NCBI GenBank assembly: GCA_963698075.1
Contig: OY969116.1
Coordinates: 670,131-734,130 of the forward strand
DNA length: 64,000 nucleotides
Reading direction: 5' to 3'
Source: an uncultured Candidatus Berkelbacteria bacterium
GTDB lineage: Bacteria > Patescibacteriota > UBA1384 > UBA12157 > JAENIV01
Positions 9,678 to 19,057 of this stretch are shown here, piece by piece; position 1 is the first letter of the stretch; every line of letters starts with the position of its first letter. The position numbers were made by a program, and so were the translations under genes. The notes below the pieces were generated by a model. The model was not told the origin of the DNA and searched no databases. It saw only the letters and a program-made list of their open reading frames with translations.

Positions 9678-9738
9678 AGTATAATCTTCGCAAGAAGTTT
9701 TCGTCAAGCTTGACAAATTTTTTCTCTCAAAGGACAAT
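9678..9738. promoter_or_regulatory. Back-to-back divergent sigma70 promoters
   Basis: Plus strand TTGACA (9710)-N17-GACAAT; minus strand TTGACG-N18-TATACT; the -35 boxes form the palindrome gtcaagcttgac. Confidence 0.6.
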
Positions 9739-9756
9739 GGATTAGAGAGGAGGAAG

Positions 9757-11172
9757 TTGTTTAAACTTCGATTTATTTTGATGATGGGCTTGATCATATC
9801 GGTCTCCGGAGGGATAGTTCTTGGTAATCCTCACAAAGCTCAGGCCTACAATCCTAACAACTTAATCTCGGACGCCGAATTTCTGGATTGGCGAACTCTT
9901 GATGCTGACGGTGTTCAAAGTTTTCTTAATACTAAGGGAGGAACGAGACTTCGAACTTTTCGTGAAGGCGGCCGCACCGCCGCGCAAATTATTGCCACGG
10001 CGGCCAGAGCCAACGGTATTAATCCCTTTGTGATTTTGGCGACCATTCAAAAAGAAGAAAGCTTAATTGAATCAAACACCAATTTTGACTATCGTGTCCG
10101 TTGGGCCATGGGTTATGGCATTTGTGATGGTTGTGATTCCAACGACCCGGCGCTGCAAAAATATGCCGGGTTCACTAATCAGGTTTACAACGGCACCTGG
10201 CAATTAAAACGCAATTACAGTTATTGGGCATCTTTCGGAGCTTATAAAGTTGGCAATACGATGATTATTGATGGCGCGGCTGTTCATTTGGACAATCGGG
10301 CAACTTCAGCCCTTTATCGTTATACGCCCCATCTTCATGGTAATGAAAGTTTTGTCGGAATTTATAGTCGTTATAAAACTTATCGCCCACCGGCGACCTA
10401 TGATGCCAAGCTTATTTCCCAAGTACCGCGCGCCAATTACACTGCCCGGCCCGGTCAAAAGATATTAATGGTGGTCAATTATCGTAATCTCGGCACCGCG
10501 GTTTGGTCTAAAACCGGCGCCAACCCGATGCACCTCGGTAACTATGGTCCTATGGACCGCGGGTCAATCTTTACTGGCGGCGGCAATGTTCGCTGGGAAA
10601 TGGTTCAATCCCTTGTCAGACGAAATGGGGTAGGCACCTTCAGGATTTACTTTACGGCGCCCCAACAATCAGGCGTTTATGTCGAAACATTCCGGCCAGT
10701 GATGGAAGGCGTGACCTGGATGGGCAATGAGGTTTCCTATGTCATAAATGTTGGCGGAGTACCGGTTAATCAAACTGGAAAAACAAATCTTAATTCAAAT
10801 CCTAATACGAGCCCCGAAAGTTATAACGCCCAGTTATATAAGCAAGTTGGCACAACGCAAATGATTGCTGGTAGGAGCCAGACAATTTTTGTTTACTATC
10901 GCAACACTGGTAGTTCCACCTGGTATAAAAGCGGCGCTAATCCCACTTATCTCGGCAATTCCTCTCCTCAAGATCGAACCAGTGTTTTTACTGGTGGAAA
11001 TATTCGTTGGCAATTGGTCCAATCCGCTGTTGCCCCCGGTCAACTTGGCCTTTTTAAAATTACCATCACCGCCCCCAAAGAGAAAGGTAATTATACGGAA
11101 AAATTCCGTCCGCTAGTTGAAAATAAGACATGGATGGGAAACGAAGTTACCTTTAATTTCACCGTTAAATAA
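9757..11172 (+). CDS. Secreted protein: lysozyme-like/'hemagglutinin'-type N-domain plus two NBR1-Ig-like repeats
   Basis: Signal peptide; INP..ILATIQKE, AMGYG.CD, NRATSALYRYTPH; two repeats of YRN.G...W...APxxxGxYxExFRP. Confidence 0.75.
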   Translation: MFKLRFILMMGLIISVSGGIVLGNPHKAQAYNPNNLISDAEFLDWRTLDADGVQSFLNTKGGTRLRTFREGGRTAAQIIATAARANGINPFVILATIQKEESLIESNTNFDYRVRWAMGYGICDGCDSNDPALQKYAGFTNQVYNGTWQLKRNYSYWASFGAYKVGNTMIIDGAAVHLDNRATSALYRYTPHLHGNESFVGIYSRYKTYRPPATYDAKLISQVPRANYTARPGQKILMVVNYRNLGTAVWSKTGANPMHLGNYGPMDRGSIFTGGGNVRWEMVQSLVRRNGVGTFRIYFTAPQQSGVYVETFRPVMEGVTWMGNEVSYVINVGGVPVNQTGKTNLNSNPNTSPESYNAQLYKQVGTTQMIAGRSQTIFVYYRNTGSSTWYKSGANPTYLGNSSPQDRTSVFTGGNIRWQLVQSAVAPGQLGLFKITITAPKEKGNYTEKFRPLVENKTWMGNEVTFNFTVK

Positions 11173-11249
11173 GAAATCATTATTGAAATTTGTTTGATTG
11201 TGCTAAGATAAGGTGCTAAAAGGCATCAGTTTAATTGTGAAAGGCTGGC

Positions 11250-12407
11250 ATGAATATTGGGATTGCCGCCAATTGTATAGTTTTCGAAAAAGCCGGCATT
11301 GGTAAATATGCCCAGAATCTATTAAAGCATCTGTTTGAGATTGATCGGAAAAATCATTATTTTTTATATTTCACTTTTATTCGCCATCGCCAAGAGCGAG
11401 AAAAAAGGATTCGACAAATTTTAGGCGATCATCAAAATGTGACAATTAAAATTTATTCTTTGCCAGCCGCTTGGTTGGACTATCTAACCACAACATTGCT
11501 ACCTCTTAATGGTTTAATCAATGATTCACTCGATCTTTTTTTCGCTCCGTATGTTTCAGGAATTCCTAAAGTGTTTGGCAAAACTCCGCCAAAGATGGTT
11601 TTCACTTGCCATGATTTGGTTTTTTTAAGATACCCCGAGCACCGCGGACCAAAATTATCTAAATATTATCTCAAAAGACATCAAATCGCTATCTCAAGGA
11701 GTCAAAAAATCATTGTTCCATCAGAGGCGACCAAAAAAGACCTCAAAAGATTTTTAGACGTACGGTCAAAAAAAATAGTCCGTATTCCCGAGGCAGCCGA
11801 TAAACGATTTCGTCCGATCAAGGATAAAAAACAAATTAAGCCAATCATCGGCCGTTATTTCGACCCCAAAATTAAATATATTCTCTCCGTTGGCACCCTT
11901 GAACCGCGAAAAAATCTTGCCAAATTGGTGGAAGCCTATTCTCTTCTGCCACATCATCTCTTAAGAGATTATCACCTGGTGTTGGTGGGCGGCCAAGGAT
12001 GGAACAACAATCAGTTAGAAAAGACGATTGCTAATTTAAATCTGAAAAACCGGGTAATTTTGCCTGGTTTTGTCAAAGATGAAGATTTGCCGTATATTTA
12101 TAATGGAGCGAGCATTTTTGTTTATCCGGCTTTGTATGAGGGCTTTGGCCTCCCGCCCTTGGAGGCAATGGCTTGTGGCTTGCCAGTTATTGTTTCTAAT
12201 AATTCATCTTTACCAGAGGTCGTCAATAACGCCGGGACTTTAATTAATCCTCAAAACGAAGAGCAAATTGCCGCGGCAATTAAGAAAATTATTTTAAGGC
12301 CCAAATTAGCCAAAAAATTGGCGCAAAGAGGCGAGGCTAGGGCCAAAAAATATTCTTGGCAAAAAACCGCTAAAGCCACGCTGAAGGTTTTCGAGAGTTT
12401 AACTTAA
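11250..12407 (+). CDS. Glycosyltransferase family 4
   Basis: [29 protein letters not shown]. Confidence 0.95.
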   Translation: MNIGIAANCIVFEKAGIGKYAQNLLKHLFEIDRKNHYFLYFTFIRHRQEREKRIRQILGDHQNVTIKIYSLPAAWLDYLTTTLLPLNGLINDSLDLFFAPYVSGIPKVFGKTPPKMVFTCHDLVFLRYPEHRGPKLSKYYLKRHQIAISRSQKIIVPSEATKKDLKRFLDVRSKKIVRIPEAADKRFRPIKDKKQIKPIIGRYFDPKIKYILSVGTLEPRKNLAKLVEAYSLLPHHLLRDYHLVLVGGQGWNNNQLEKTIANLNLKNRVILPGFVKDEDLPYIYNGASIFVYPALYEGFGLPPLEAMACGLPVIVSNNSSLPEVVNNAGTLINPQNEEQIAAAIKKIILRPKLAKKLAQRGEARAKKYSWQKTAKATLKVFESLT

Positions 12408-12423
12408 TCATAAAGAGGGGAAG

Positions 12424-13968
12424 GTGTTTCAAAATCAAACTTTCAAAAAATTTTTCAATTCTGACTGGAAGATTGGGATTTTTCTTTTTTTAATTGCGGC
12501 CGCCATCCGCATGATTCCGGAAATCAAAGCCGGCATTTGGCCAATTGGCTATGATACCTTCAATACTTATGCCGCCGAACTCGCCACCTATAACGGACCG
12601 CTCGTCAATTGGATTAAGACCGCGAATATTTTGTATTTTTTCTTTTTACCTTTTAAGGCCGCTGGTCTTTCGCCGGATCTGATTATGAAAATTTCCGGAC
12701 CTCTTATTTATGGTGGTCTTATAACAAGTTTTTTTGTTTTTGCCCGGCGATTCTTGAAATTCTCATTTCTTAAAGCTTTTCTTTTGACGGCCTTGACCAT
12801 TTTTCAATTAGCTAGCTTAAGAATCAGCTGGGATCTCTATCGTAATGAGCTCGGTCTTATCTTTCTATTTTTGGGGCTAATCTATTTACCAAAACTGAAC
12901 GAAACTAAAAATTTAATCATTTTTTCTATTTTTGCAACGCTTGTCACTTTTTCCAATGAATTAGTGACAGTTTTACTCCTGGTGATTCTTTTGGTTTATT
13001 CTGGCTATTATTTAGTCAAACAACGTTGGGAACAGTTAGTCTCTGTTCTTATTCCTTTAATGATTGTTGCTACCCTTTTTGTCGTTGTTATTAGTTCTTC
13101 CGGGCAAGTTCTTTATAATTCTCACGTCTTTTTTGCCTCCCAGAAGAATTATTTTTGGCGCTACTTTTATCATTATAATCTTGATATGCCTTACAGTCTT
13201 TTGAAAGAAATTATCTTAAGCCTTTTTTGGTTGCTCTTTGGTTATCTTTTACCTTTCGCTATCATTGGTTTCTGGCGATTAAGAAAAAATCTCGTTTTGA
13301 CAGTGATGACTGGCTGGTTACTCATTAGTACCTTTTCCTCTTTGATTTTTTTGGGCAACGGCTTAATGGTTTGGGAGCGTTGGATGTTTATGCTCATCTT
13401 TCCCTTTGTCATTTATACCATCGAAGGAATGTTTTTTGTCGGTTCCCTTTTGGGTGGTCTTAAAAAATGGGCCGAAAAAAAACAAAAATTTGCCTATTTG
13501 TTGGCAGTGGTTTTTTGGGTGGTAACCTTCGGATTTTTTATTGGCAAAAGCTGGCCATTCTTAACCGCTGATTACCGTCAGGCCAAACCCCCGCTTGCCA
13601 ACGATGAATTAAACAGTTATTTTCCCAGAACCATGGTTCATAGTTCACTCGAGATATGGCTTATTCCCGATACCGTAGCAGCAATTAAATGGCTCGATCA
13701 GCATGCCCCGGCGGGCTCAGTTATTTTGGTTGATAATCGCTATCGAGGAATGATGTTAACCAATTTTAGTATTGATGATCGCTATATCATTACCAATGAA
13801 TGGTCTAATACCATTCAAAGTAGCGCTTTGGACCTGGCTAAAAAAAGTAATTATTGGCCAATCTATCTTATCTGGAATATCTCACGTTCAATTCCGGATT
13901 TTGATCGCGTTTACAACGCCGGTGACCGCGGTATTTATCAAGCTTTGCCCTCTTTTCGTAATCAATGA
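12424..13968 (+). CDS. Polytopic membrane protein, GT-C fold-like
   Basis: Many TM helices, PIGYDT acidic motif in first loop, ERW motif, soluble C-terminal domain. Confidence 0.6.
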   Translation: MFQNQTFKKFFNSDWKIGIFLFLIAAAIRMIPEIKAGIWPIGYDTFNTYAAELATYNGPLVNWIKTANILYFFFLPFKAAGLSPDLIMKISGPLIYGGLITSFFVFARRFLKFSFLKAFLLTALTIFQLASLRISWDLYRNELGLIFLFLGLIYLPKLNETKNLIIFSIFATLVTFSNELVTVLLLVILLVYSGYYLVKQRWEQLVSVLIPLMIVATLFVVVISSSGQVLYNSHVFFASQKNYFWRYFYHYNLDMPYSLLKEIILSLFWLLFGYLLPFAIIGFWRLRKNLVLTVMTGWLLISTFSSLIFLGNGLMVWERWMFMLIFPFVIYTIEGMFFVGSLLGGLKKWAEKKQKFAYLLAVVFWVVTFGFFIGKSWPFLTADYRQAKPPLANDELNSYFPRTMVHSSLEIWLIPDTVAAIKWLDQHAPAGSVILVDNRYRGMMLTNFSIDDRYIITNEWSNTIQSSALDLAKKSNYWPIYLIWNISRSIPDFDRVYNAGDRGIYQALPSFRNQ

Positions 13969-14669
13969 TTGTCAAAGTAAAAGAATTTTTTCTTGACCTC
14001 CTTTTTCCTCGATTTTGTATTGATTGCGGTAAAGAAGACGAATGGTTGTGTTCTCTCTGTAAGAATAAAATTCTCAGGGCGAAGACTCAAGTATGTCCAG
14101 AGTGTGGCCGGATCTCTCGGTTTGGTCGATATTGTCGCCGACACCAAAAACGATGGGGACTTTCGGGAATCATCGTCGCTGCTTACTATGAGGAAGGACC
14201 AATCAAAGAGGCCATTCATAATTTCAAATACAATCACATTTTGGAAATGAAAGATATTTTAGGCGAAGTCTTGGCAGAATCATTAAAGGATAATCTCGAC
14301 ATTGCCAAAGATATCTTGGTCACCGCCGTGCCTTTACATTTTCTTCGTCAAGCTCAACGTGGCTATAATCAGTCAGAACTTCTAGCAGACTATGTTGCCG
14401 ATAAATTGAAATTACCAAAAAACTTTCACATTTTAAAGAAAATGCGCTGGACGAAACCACAGGTTCAATTAGGAGGCAAAAAAAGATTAAAAAATCTTAC
14501 CAATTCGTATAAAATTTTTAAAAAATTTGACCCAAATTTTATTCGTCGAAAAACAATTATTCTTGTTGATGATGTCACCACCACCGGCACTACTTTAAAC
14601 GAATGTGCTAAAGTTTTACGCGCCGCTGGTGCCAGAAGAGTTTGGGGCCTGGTGGTGGCCAAAGGATAG
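13965..14669 (+). CDS. comF: ComF family protein (Zn ribbon plus PRTase)
   Basis: CxxC clusters, RGYNQS, LVDDVTTTGTT. Confidence 0.95.
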   Translation: MIVKVKEFFLDLLFPRFCIDCGKEDEWLCSLCKNKILRAKTQVCPECGRISRFGRYCRRHQKRWGLSGIIVAAYYEEGPIKEAIHNFKYNHILEMKDILGEVLAESLKDNLDIAKDILVTAVPLHFLRQAQRGYNQSELLADYVADKLKLPKNFHILKKMRWTKPQVQLGGKKRLKNLTNSYKIFKKFDPNFIRRKTIILVDDVTTTGTTLNECAKVLRAAGARRVWGLVVAKG

Positions 14670-14716
14670 AAAAAGTAATTAGTATTAAGTTATCGATTAT
14701 CAGTATGCATTAGTAT

Positions 14717-14748
14717 AAGAAAGGGGCGGGACGTGACGTCCCGCCCTT
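14717..14748 (-). terminator. Intrinsic terminator of the small GC-rich gene
   Basis: gggcgggacg-tga-cgtcccgccc 10-bp stem with U-tract on the minus strand. Confidence 0.8.
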
Positions 14749-14783
14749 GTGAGGCGATGGTGTCATTCGCGCTGTGCGAGCAG

Positions 14784-15020
14784 CTACGATTCCGAGAGTA
14801 GTTCGTTGACCTCGTTGATTGCCCGCACGATCTTCTCGTGCATGTCGGCCGGGCTCTCCGATAGTGCCTTCTGAAGGGCTTCTTCTCTCGGCATCCCGTC
14901 GGCGACGGCCTCGAAGTAAATCGCCATCTCGCGCGCGATTTTGCCCTCCTCCTCGGCGGCGGCTCCCAGCTCATCCAGCCACTTCTGTGCATCCGGCGGC
15001 GGCGACTGGCAGGAAGACAT
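14784..15020 (-). CDS. Small acidic helical hypothetical protein (GC-rich gene)
   Basis: ATG 15020 with SD AAAGGA; 78 aa; own promoter and terminator. Confidence 0.7.
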   Translation of the reverse strand: MSSCQSPPPDAQKWLDELGAAAEEEGKIAREMAIYFEAVADGMPREEALQKALSESPADMHEKIVRAINEVNELLSES

Positions 15021-15073
15021 GGCACATCCTTTCTTGCGGAAAAGATAGAGACGCAACGCTTGCGCTTAACAAG

Positions 15074-15102
15074 AACATAGCATATTAATAAAAAATGATC
15101 AA
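15074..15102 (-). promoter_or_regulatory. Sigma70-type promoter
   Basis: TTGATC-N17-TATGTT with extended TG on the minus strand. Confidence 0.55.
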
Positions 15103-15109
15103 TAGAATA

Positions 15110-15192
15110 AAATAACTAATTTCTAATGTCTAATCTTGGACATTTAAGCATTTAGAATTTCATTAGACATTAGGGCTTAGAAATTTGACATT
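15110..15192. repeat. AT-rich hairpin with 7-nt periodicity
   Basis: ctaatgtctaat (15123-15134) / attagacattag (15162-15173). Confidence 0.6.
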
Positions 15193-15222
15193 TACTCAAG
15201 AGCGTGTTTACTATTAAATCCT

Positions 15223-16554
15223 ATGAAGATATCCCCAAAAACAACCAAAATTGCCATTTGTGGTTTGGGATATGTTGGTTTTCCAGTGGCTTTGCTATTT
15301 GCCAAGGCTGGTTTCACGGTTGTGGGCATTGATGTCAATGAGGAAAAAATTCGAAAAATCATTCGCGGCGGCAATCCAATCGAAGGCAAAGAACCAGGGC
15401 TTAAAGAATTGATTAATTTTATTCGCAAACAAGGCCGGTTTGCGGCGACGGTTGAACCCGCTGCCTATCAGGAAGCTGACGTGATTATCGTGGCGGTGGA
15501 AACCCCGGTTGAAGAGGAAACCCACGAACCCGCTTATCGGGCCTTGAAAGCCGCCTTGCGGACCATTGGTCGTAATCTTAAAAAAGATGTTTTAATCATC
15601 ATTGAATCAACGATTGCGCCGCAAACAATGGCCAAAGTTGTCCAGCCGATTTTGGAAGAAGAATCTGGTTTAACCACCGGCCAAGATTTTCTACTGGCGA
15701 ATTGTCCGGAACGCCTGATGCCGGGACACTTGATCGAAAACATCATCAATTACAATCGTGCCATCGGCGCCGAGGATCAAAAAACCGCCGAATTGACGAG
15801 ATCGCTTTACAAATACATTGTGCGTGGAAAACTCGAGACCACGAATTGGGTGACGGCGGAGGTGGTCAAAGCCGGGGAAAATGCTTATCGCGACGTTCAA
15901 ATTGCTTTTGCCAACGAAATGGCTTTACTTTCTGAGGCCGTTGGCGCCAACGTTTGGGAGGTTCGTTATTTAATTAATGAATGTAAGCGCCGTGGAGAAA
16001 CAAGATTTGAAGCCCTCAGGCAAATGCATCTTCCTGGCGCCGGCGTCGGCGGTCATTGCCTGCCCAAGGATTCTTGGCTTTTAGTTTATGGCGCCCGAGA
16101 TTTAATCGAGCCCAAACTTATTCCTTTAGCACGGCGGATCAATAATTTTATGCCCCGCCATATGACTGAGCTTTTAAAAGATGCCTTTCGTCAAATCGAA
16201 AAACCTATCGTCAAGAGCAAAATTGCCGTTTTGGGTTACGCTTATGCTGGCAATTCTGATGATAGCCGCAACACCCCCACCGAAGAATTGCTGAAGATCT
16301 TGAAAAATTCAGAAGCCAGCATCGTTATCCATGACTCTTATATCAAAGAATACAAAGTCTCCCTCGATAAAGCCCTCAAGGGGGCGCAGGCGCTCGTCTT
16401 GATGGCTGATCATGACCAATACAAAAAACTAAGTTACAATAAACTTAAGCGGCTAATGAAAAAAAATCCCATTATTATTGACGGCCGCAATTGTTTCAAT
16501 AAAGAAAAAATTCAACTGGCAGGATTCATCTATATGGGAGTGGGAAATATCTGA
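15223..16554 (+). CDS. UDP-N-acetylhexosamine 6-dehydrogenase (WbpA/WecC family)
   Basis: GLGYVG, ESTIAP, CPER, N.YRDV.IAFANE, PGAGVGGHCLPKD. Confidence 0.92.
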   Translation: MKISPKTTKIAICGLGYVGFPVALLFAKAGFTVVGIDVNEEKIRKIIRGGNPIEGKEPGLKELINFIRKQGRFAATVEPAAYQEADVIIVAVETPVEEETHEPAYRALKAALRTIGRNLKKDVLIIIESTIAPQTMAKVVQPILEEESGLTTGQDFLLANCPERLMPGHLIENIINYNRAIGAEDQKTAELTRSLYKYIVRGKLETTNWVTAEVVKAGENAYRDVQIAFANEMALLSEAVGANVWEVRYLINECKRRGETRFEALRQMHLPGAGVGGHCLPKDSWLLVYGARDLIEPKLIPLARRINNFMPRHMTELLKDAFRQIEKPIVKSKIAVLGYAYAGNSDDSRNTPTEELLKILKNSEASIVIHDSYIKEYKVSLDKALKGAQALVLMADHDQYKKLSYNKLKRLMKKNPIIIDGRNCFNKEKIQLAGFIYMGVGNI

Positions 16555-16563
16555 GGAGGAAAA

Positions 16564-17571
16564 TTGAAATTATTGGCTCCGGCTAATCCAGGGGAACTAT
16601 CGGATCGCGAGCGTTGGTTTAAAATGCCCGAAGCAAGAAAATTAGCCCAACAAAAAAGGGTAATATTCGGGATTGAGATGAAGGGACCGCTGGAAAATAT
16701 CCAAGAAGCCCCACCCGTATATTGGGGTTTACATCTGCCCGATACGCTGGCGACCGAATGGTACTACCATCCCGCTAGAAGAGAGGCGATGACGAGGGAG
16801 GTCGAGCGGGTGGCAAAACTTAAACCCGCTTATGCGGTTTTGCACGGTATCCATCTTCTCTGGCACCCACCAACAAGAGAGTATATTCAGCGTTACGCTA
16901 ATCGCAGCGATGCCGCAGAATATCTCAAAATCCTTGACGAAAATATTAAATTCATCCAAAGAATTAAAACAATTCTGCCTATAAGGATCGAAAATTTCCC
17001 TCTTTATAATTATTACCAAAAAGATGGTGAATTTTTGCCGGAAACTTATCTTTATACGGGCATTGGCCGCCTTAATGATTTATTTTATCTTAAACAAAAA
17101 ACCGGAGTCGACATTTTATTGGATCTTGAGCATTTGATTTTAACGATTAATTTTCTCAATCGCCGGCGCAATTATCATAAACTACCCAAAGAAAATCCTG
17201 GCAAGTTGAAAAGGGAAGAAAAAACCGCCAAGGATATCTTCGGCTTTTATCTGAAGAAAAATTTGATTCCTTATGCGGATGAGGAGATTAAAATGGAAAA
17301 GATAATCAAAAAAATCGGGGCTAAATTTTATCACCTGACTGGCTCAGTTCAAGATGTCATTCCTGGCAAAAAAATTATCACTCATGGCCCGATTAAAATT
17401 TCTGACAAAACTTTTCGGAAAAATTTGCGGTCGATTCTTGCTCAAAAACCTGAAGTATTGGTGGTGGAGACCGCCAGCTTTGCCGACTCTAATGCCTGGA
17501 AACATCTTCGTCCCAACGAAACCGAGATTTCGTTTAATAACTTGTGTGAGATTTTGTTAGAAGAACTCTAA
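16564..17571 (+). CDS. TIM-barrel metalloprotein (Nfo/xylose-isomerase-like), copy 1
   Basis: H...H...IEN...DLEH...YHL...TH...VE ligand pattern; SD GAGGAGG. Confidence 0.7.
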   Translation: MKLLAPANPGELSDRERWFKMPEARKLAQQKRVIFGIEMKGPLENIQEAPPVYWGLHLPDTLATEWYYHPARREAMTREVERVAKLKPAYAVLHGIHLLWHPPTREYIQRYANRSDAAEYLKILDENIKFIQRIKTILPIRIENFPLYNYYQKDGEFLPETYLYTGIGRLNDLFYLKQKTGVDILLDLEHLILTINFLNRRRNYHKLPKENPGKLKREEKTAKDIFGFYLKKNLIPYADEEIKMEKIIKKIGAKFYHLTGSVQDVIPGKKIITHGPIKISDKTFRKNLRSILAQKPEVLVVETASFADSNAWKHLRPNETEISFNNLCEILLEEL

Positions 17572-17606
17572 TCCGACGAATCTTTTCACTCATTAGTCAC
17601 GAATTG

Positions 17607-17634
17607 GGGTCGAATTCTCGGCCCGTTTTTGTTT
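17607..17634 (+). terminator. Intrinsic terminator (near-duplicate at 18906)
   Basis: gggtcga-attc-tcggccc followed by gtttttgttt. Confidence 0.8.
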
Positions 17635-17656
17635 ACCCTGAGCCAAGTCGAAGGGT
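17635..17656. repeat. REP-like palindrome
   Basis: accctgagccaagtcgaagggt, resembling the CCCTGAGC..GTCGAAGGG REP type; abuts TTGACA. Confidence 0.6.
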
Positions 17657-17717
17657 TGACAATTATTAGACAATGATGTTAATCTAAAATGTCGAATATC
17701 CGGCAAGGAGGAGATCG

Positions 17718-18887
17718 GTGCAACTTGAAAAGACATCGTTGGTATCACCTTTAGGCAAAGGTGACTATGAGAGAGGTGAACGCTGGGTGTTAATGAAGGC
17801 TTTGTATCCAAGACTGGCAAAGTACGATTGGACTTTAGGGATTGATTTCAAAGGCAATAGTTTGGAGCCCGAAAAATGGGTTCTTGATATCGCCGATGAG
17901 ATTCGTAATTGGGGAGGGTTCTTGGGCTGGCATCCTTCTAAAGTTGTTTCCGAAAGCCTCGGTGATCCAAAAGAGCCGCTACCGCCGTCCCTTCTGAAAT
18001 GCGCCAGACAAGCAAAATCCTTAGGTTTGAAACTGCTGACCATTCATTCAGCTGCCAAAACTGAAAATGAGCCCGGACCTGAAGCTGGACTTGGACGTTA
18101 CAGTTCAACCACCACGCCTGAAGAAGATCTGGCCAGGATTGAGGCAATGATTGATCCTCTCTGTCAAGCGGCTGAAGCTTCTGGTGGAGTCTTAAGTTTG
18201 GAGCCAACTGATATGGCCCAATTCCGCGATGGCGGCTATCATTTGCCGACCTTCAAAGAGCAAATTTGGGCCGGTATGCTTGAGATGTTGCTTTATCTCC
18301 GTTCAAAGGTTGAAGAGCGTTCAGGCATTCGTATGCCGATGACATTCGATGACGAACATGTCCTCGGGCTCTGGAACTTCAAAGCTCGCCGCCGTGATTT
18401 GGCGAGTCTTCCCTGGTGGCAACCAGCAAAGCCTAGGCCGGCGCAGGTTGAGCTGGCTGACATCACCGGTTGTTGGTTTGAAAAAGGAATGCCGCCGGTT
18501 TTGCTCGAGCGGCCGCCGGATTACGCCACTGATTTGGAATGGGATATGGCGATCATCAACGACGGGCTGAAAAAGTCTCAACCGGTCTTGATCCATACTG
18601 GGGCCAGCGTTCAGGCAACAAGATACAATCCCCAGACCGCTCAGGATGAAATTGACACCCATCTTCCCTATAATGCCTTCGACACCGACCAGATGACCTT
18701 GCTCGATCTGAAGTTGCAATATGCCGTCAGCCATCCTGACTGCTATGGTATAGAAAACGAAGTAGTGGGAAGCGGTTTTTTGCTGGGGCGCTACAGTCCT
18801 TGGAGCCCACGACCATTTGATAATGAGATGGCAATGTTTCTTTCAGCGGTGGTAGAAGTCGACCGCATAGCAGCGATATCAAGCTAA
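17718..18887 (+). CDS. TIM-barrel metalloprotein, copy 2 (GC-richer)
   Basis: GWH...TIH...LEP...DDEH...IHT...DTH...NE; GTG start with SD AAGGAGG. Confidence 0.75.
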   Translation: MQLEKTSLVSPLGKGDYERGERWVLMKALYPRLAKYDWTLGIDFKGNSLEPEKWVLDIADEIRNWGGFLGWHPSKVVSESLGDPKEPLPPSLLKCARQAKSLGLKLLTIHSAAKTENEPGPEAGLGRYSSTTTPEEDLARIEAMIDPLCQAAEASGGVLSLEPTDMAQFRDGGYHLPTFKEQIWAGMLEMLLYLRSKVEERSGIRMPMTFDDEHVLGLWNFKARRRDLASLPWWQPAKPRPAQVELADITGCWFEKGMPPVLLERPPDYATDLEWDMAIINDGLKKSQPVLIHTGASVQATRYNPQTAQDEIDTHLPYNAFDTDQMTLLDLKLQYAVSHPDCYGIENEVVGSGFLLGRYSPWSPRPFDNEMAMFLSAVVEVDRIAAISS

Positions 18888-18905
18888 ACATAATAACTAG
18901 TGGAC

Positions 18906-18940
18906 AACGGGTCGAACTCTCGGCCCGTTTTTCGTTTTTT
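18906..18940 (+). terminator. Intrinsic terminator
   Basis: aacgggtcga-actc-tcggcccgtt followed by T-tract. Confidence 0.85.
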
Positions 18941-19057
18941 TGAACCTGTTTTAACGGCTCAGGTGGTGAGCCGGTGAGCCGTTGACTATTTTGCTGATAA
19001 TGATATATTAAAAAGCCCCGCGTGGCGGAAAGCGAACCTCACAACCGAGGCAAGGAG

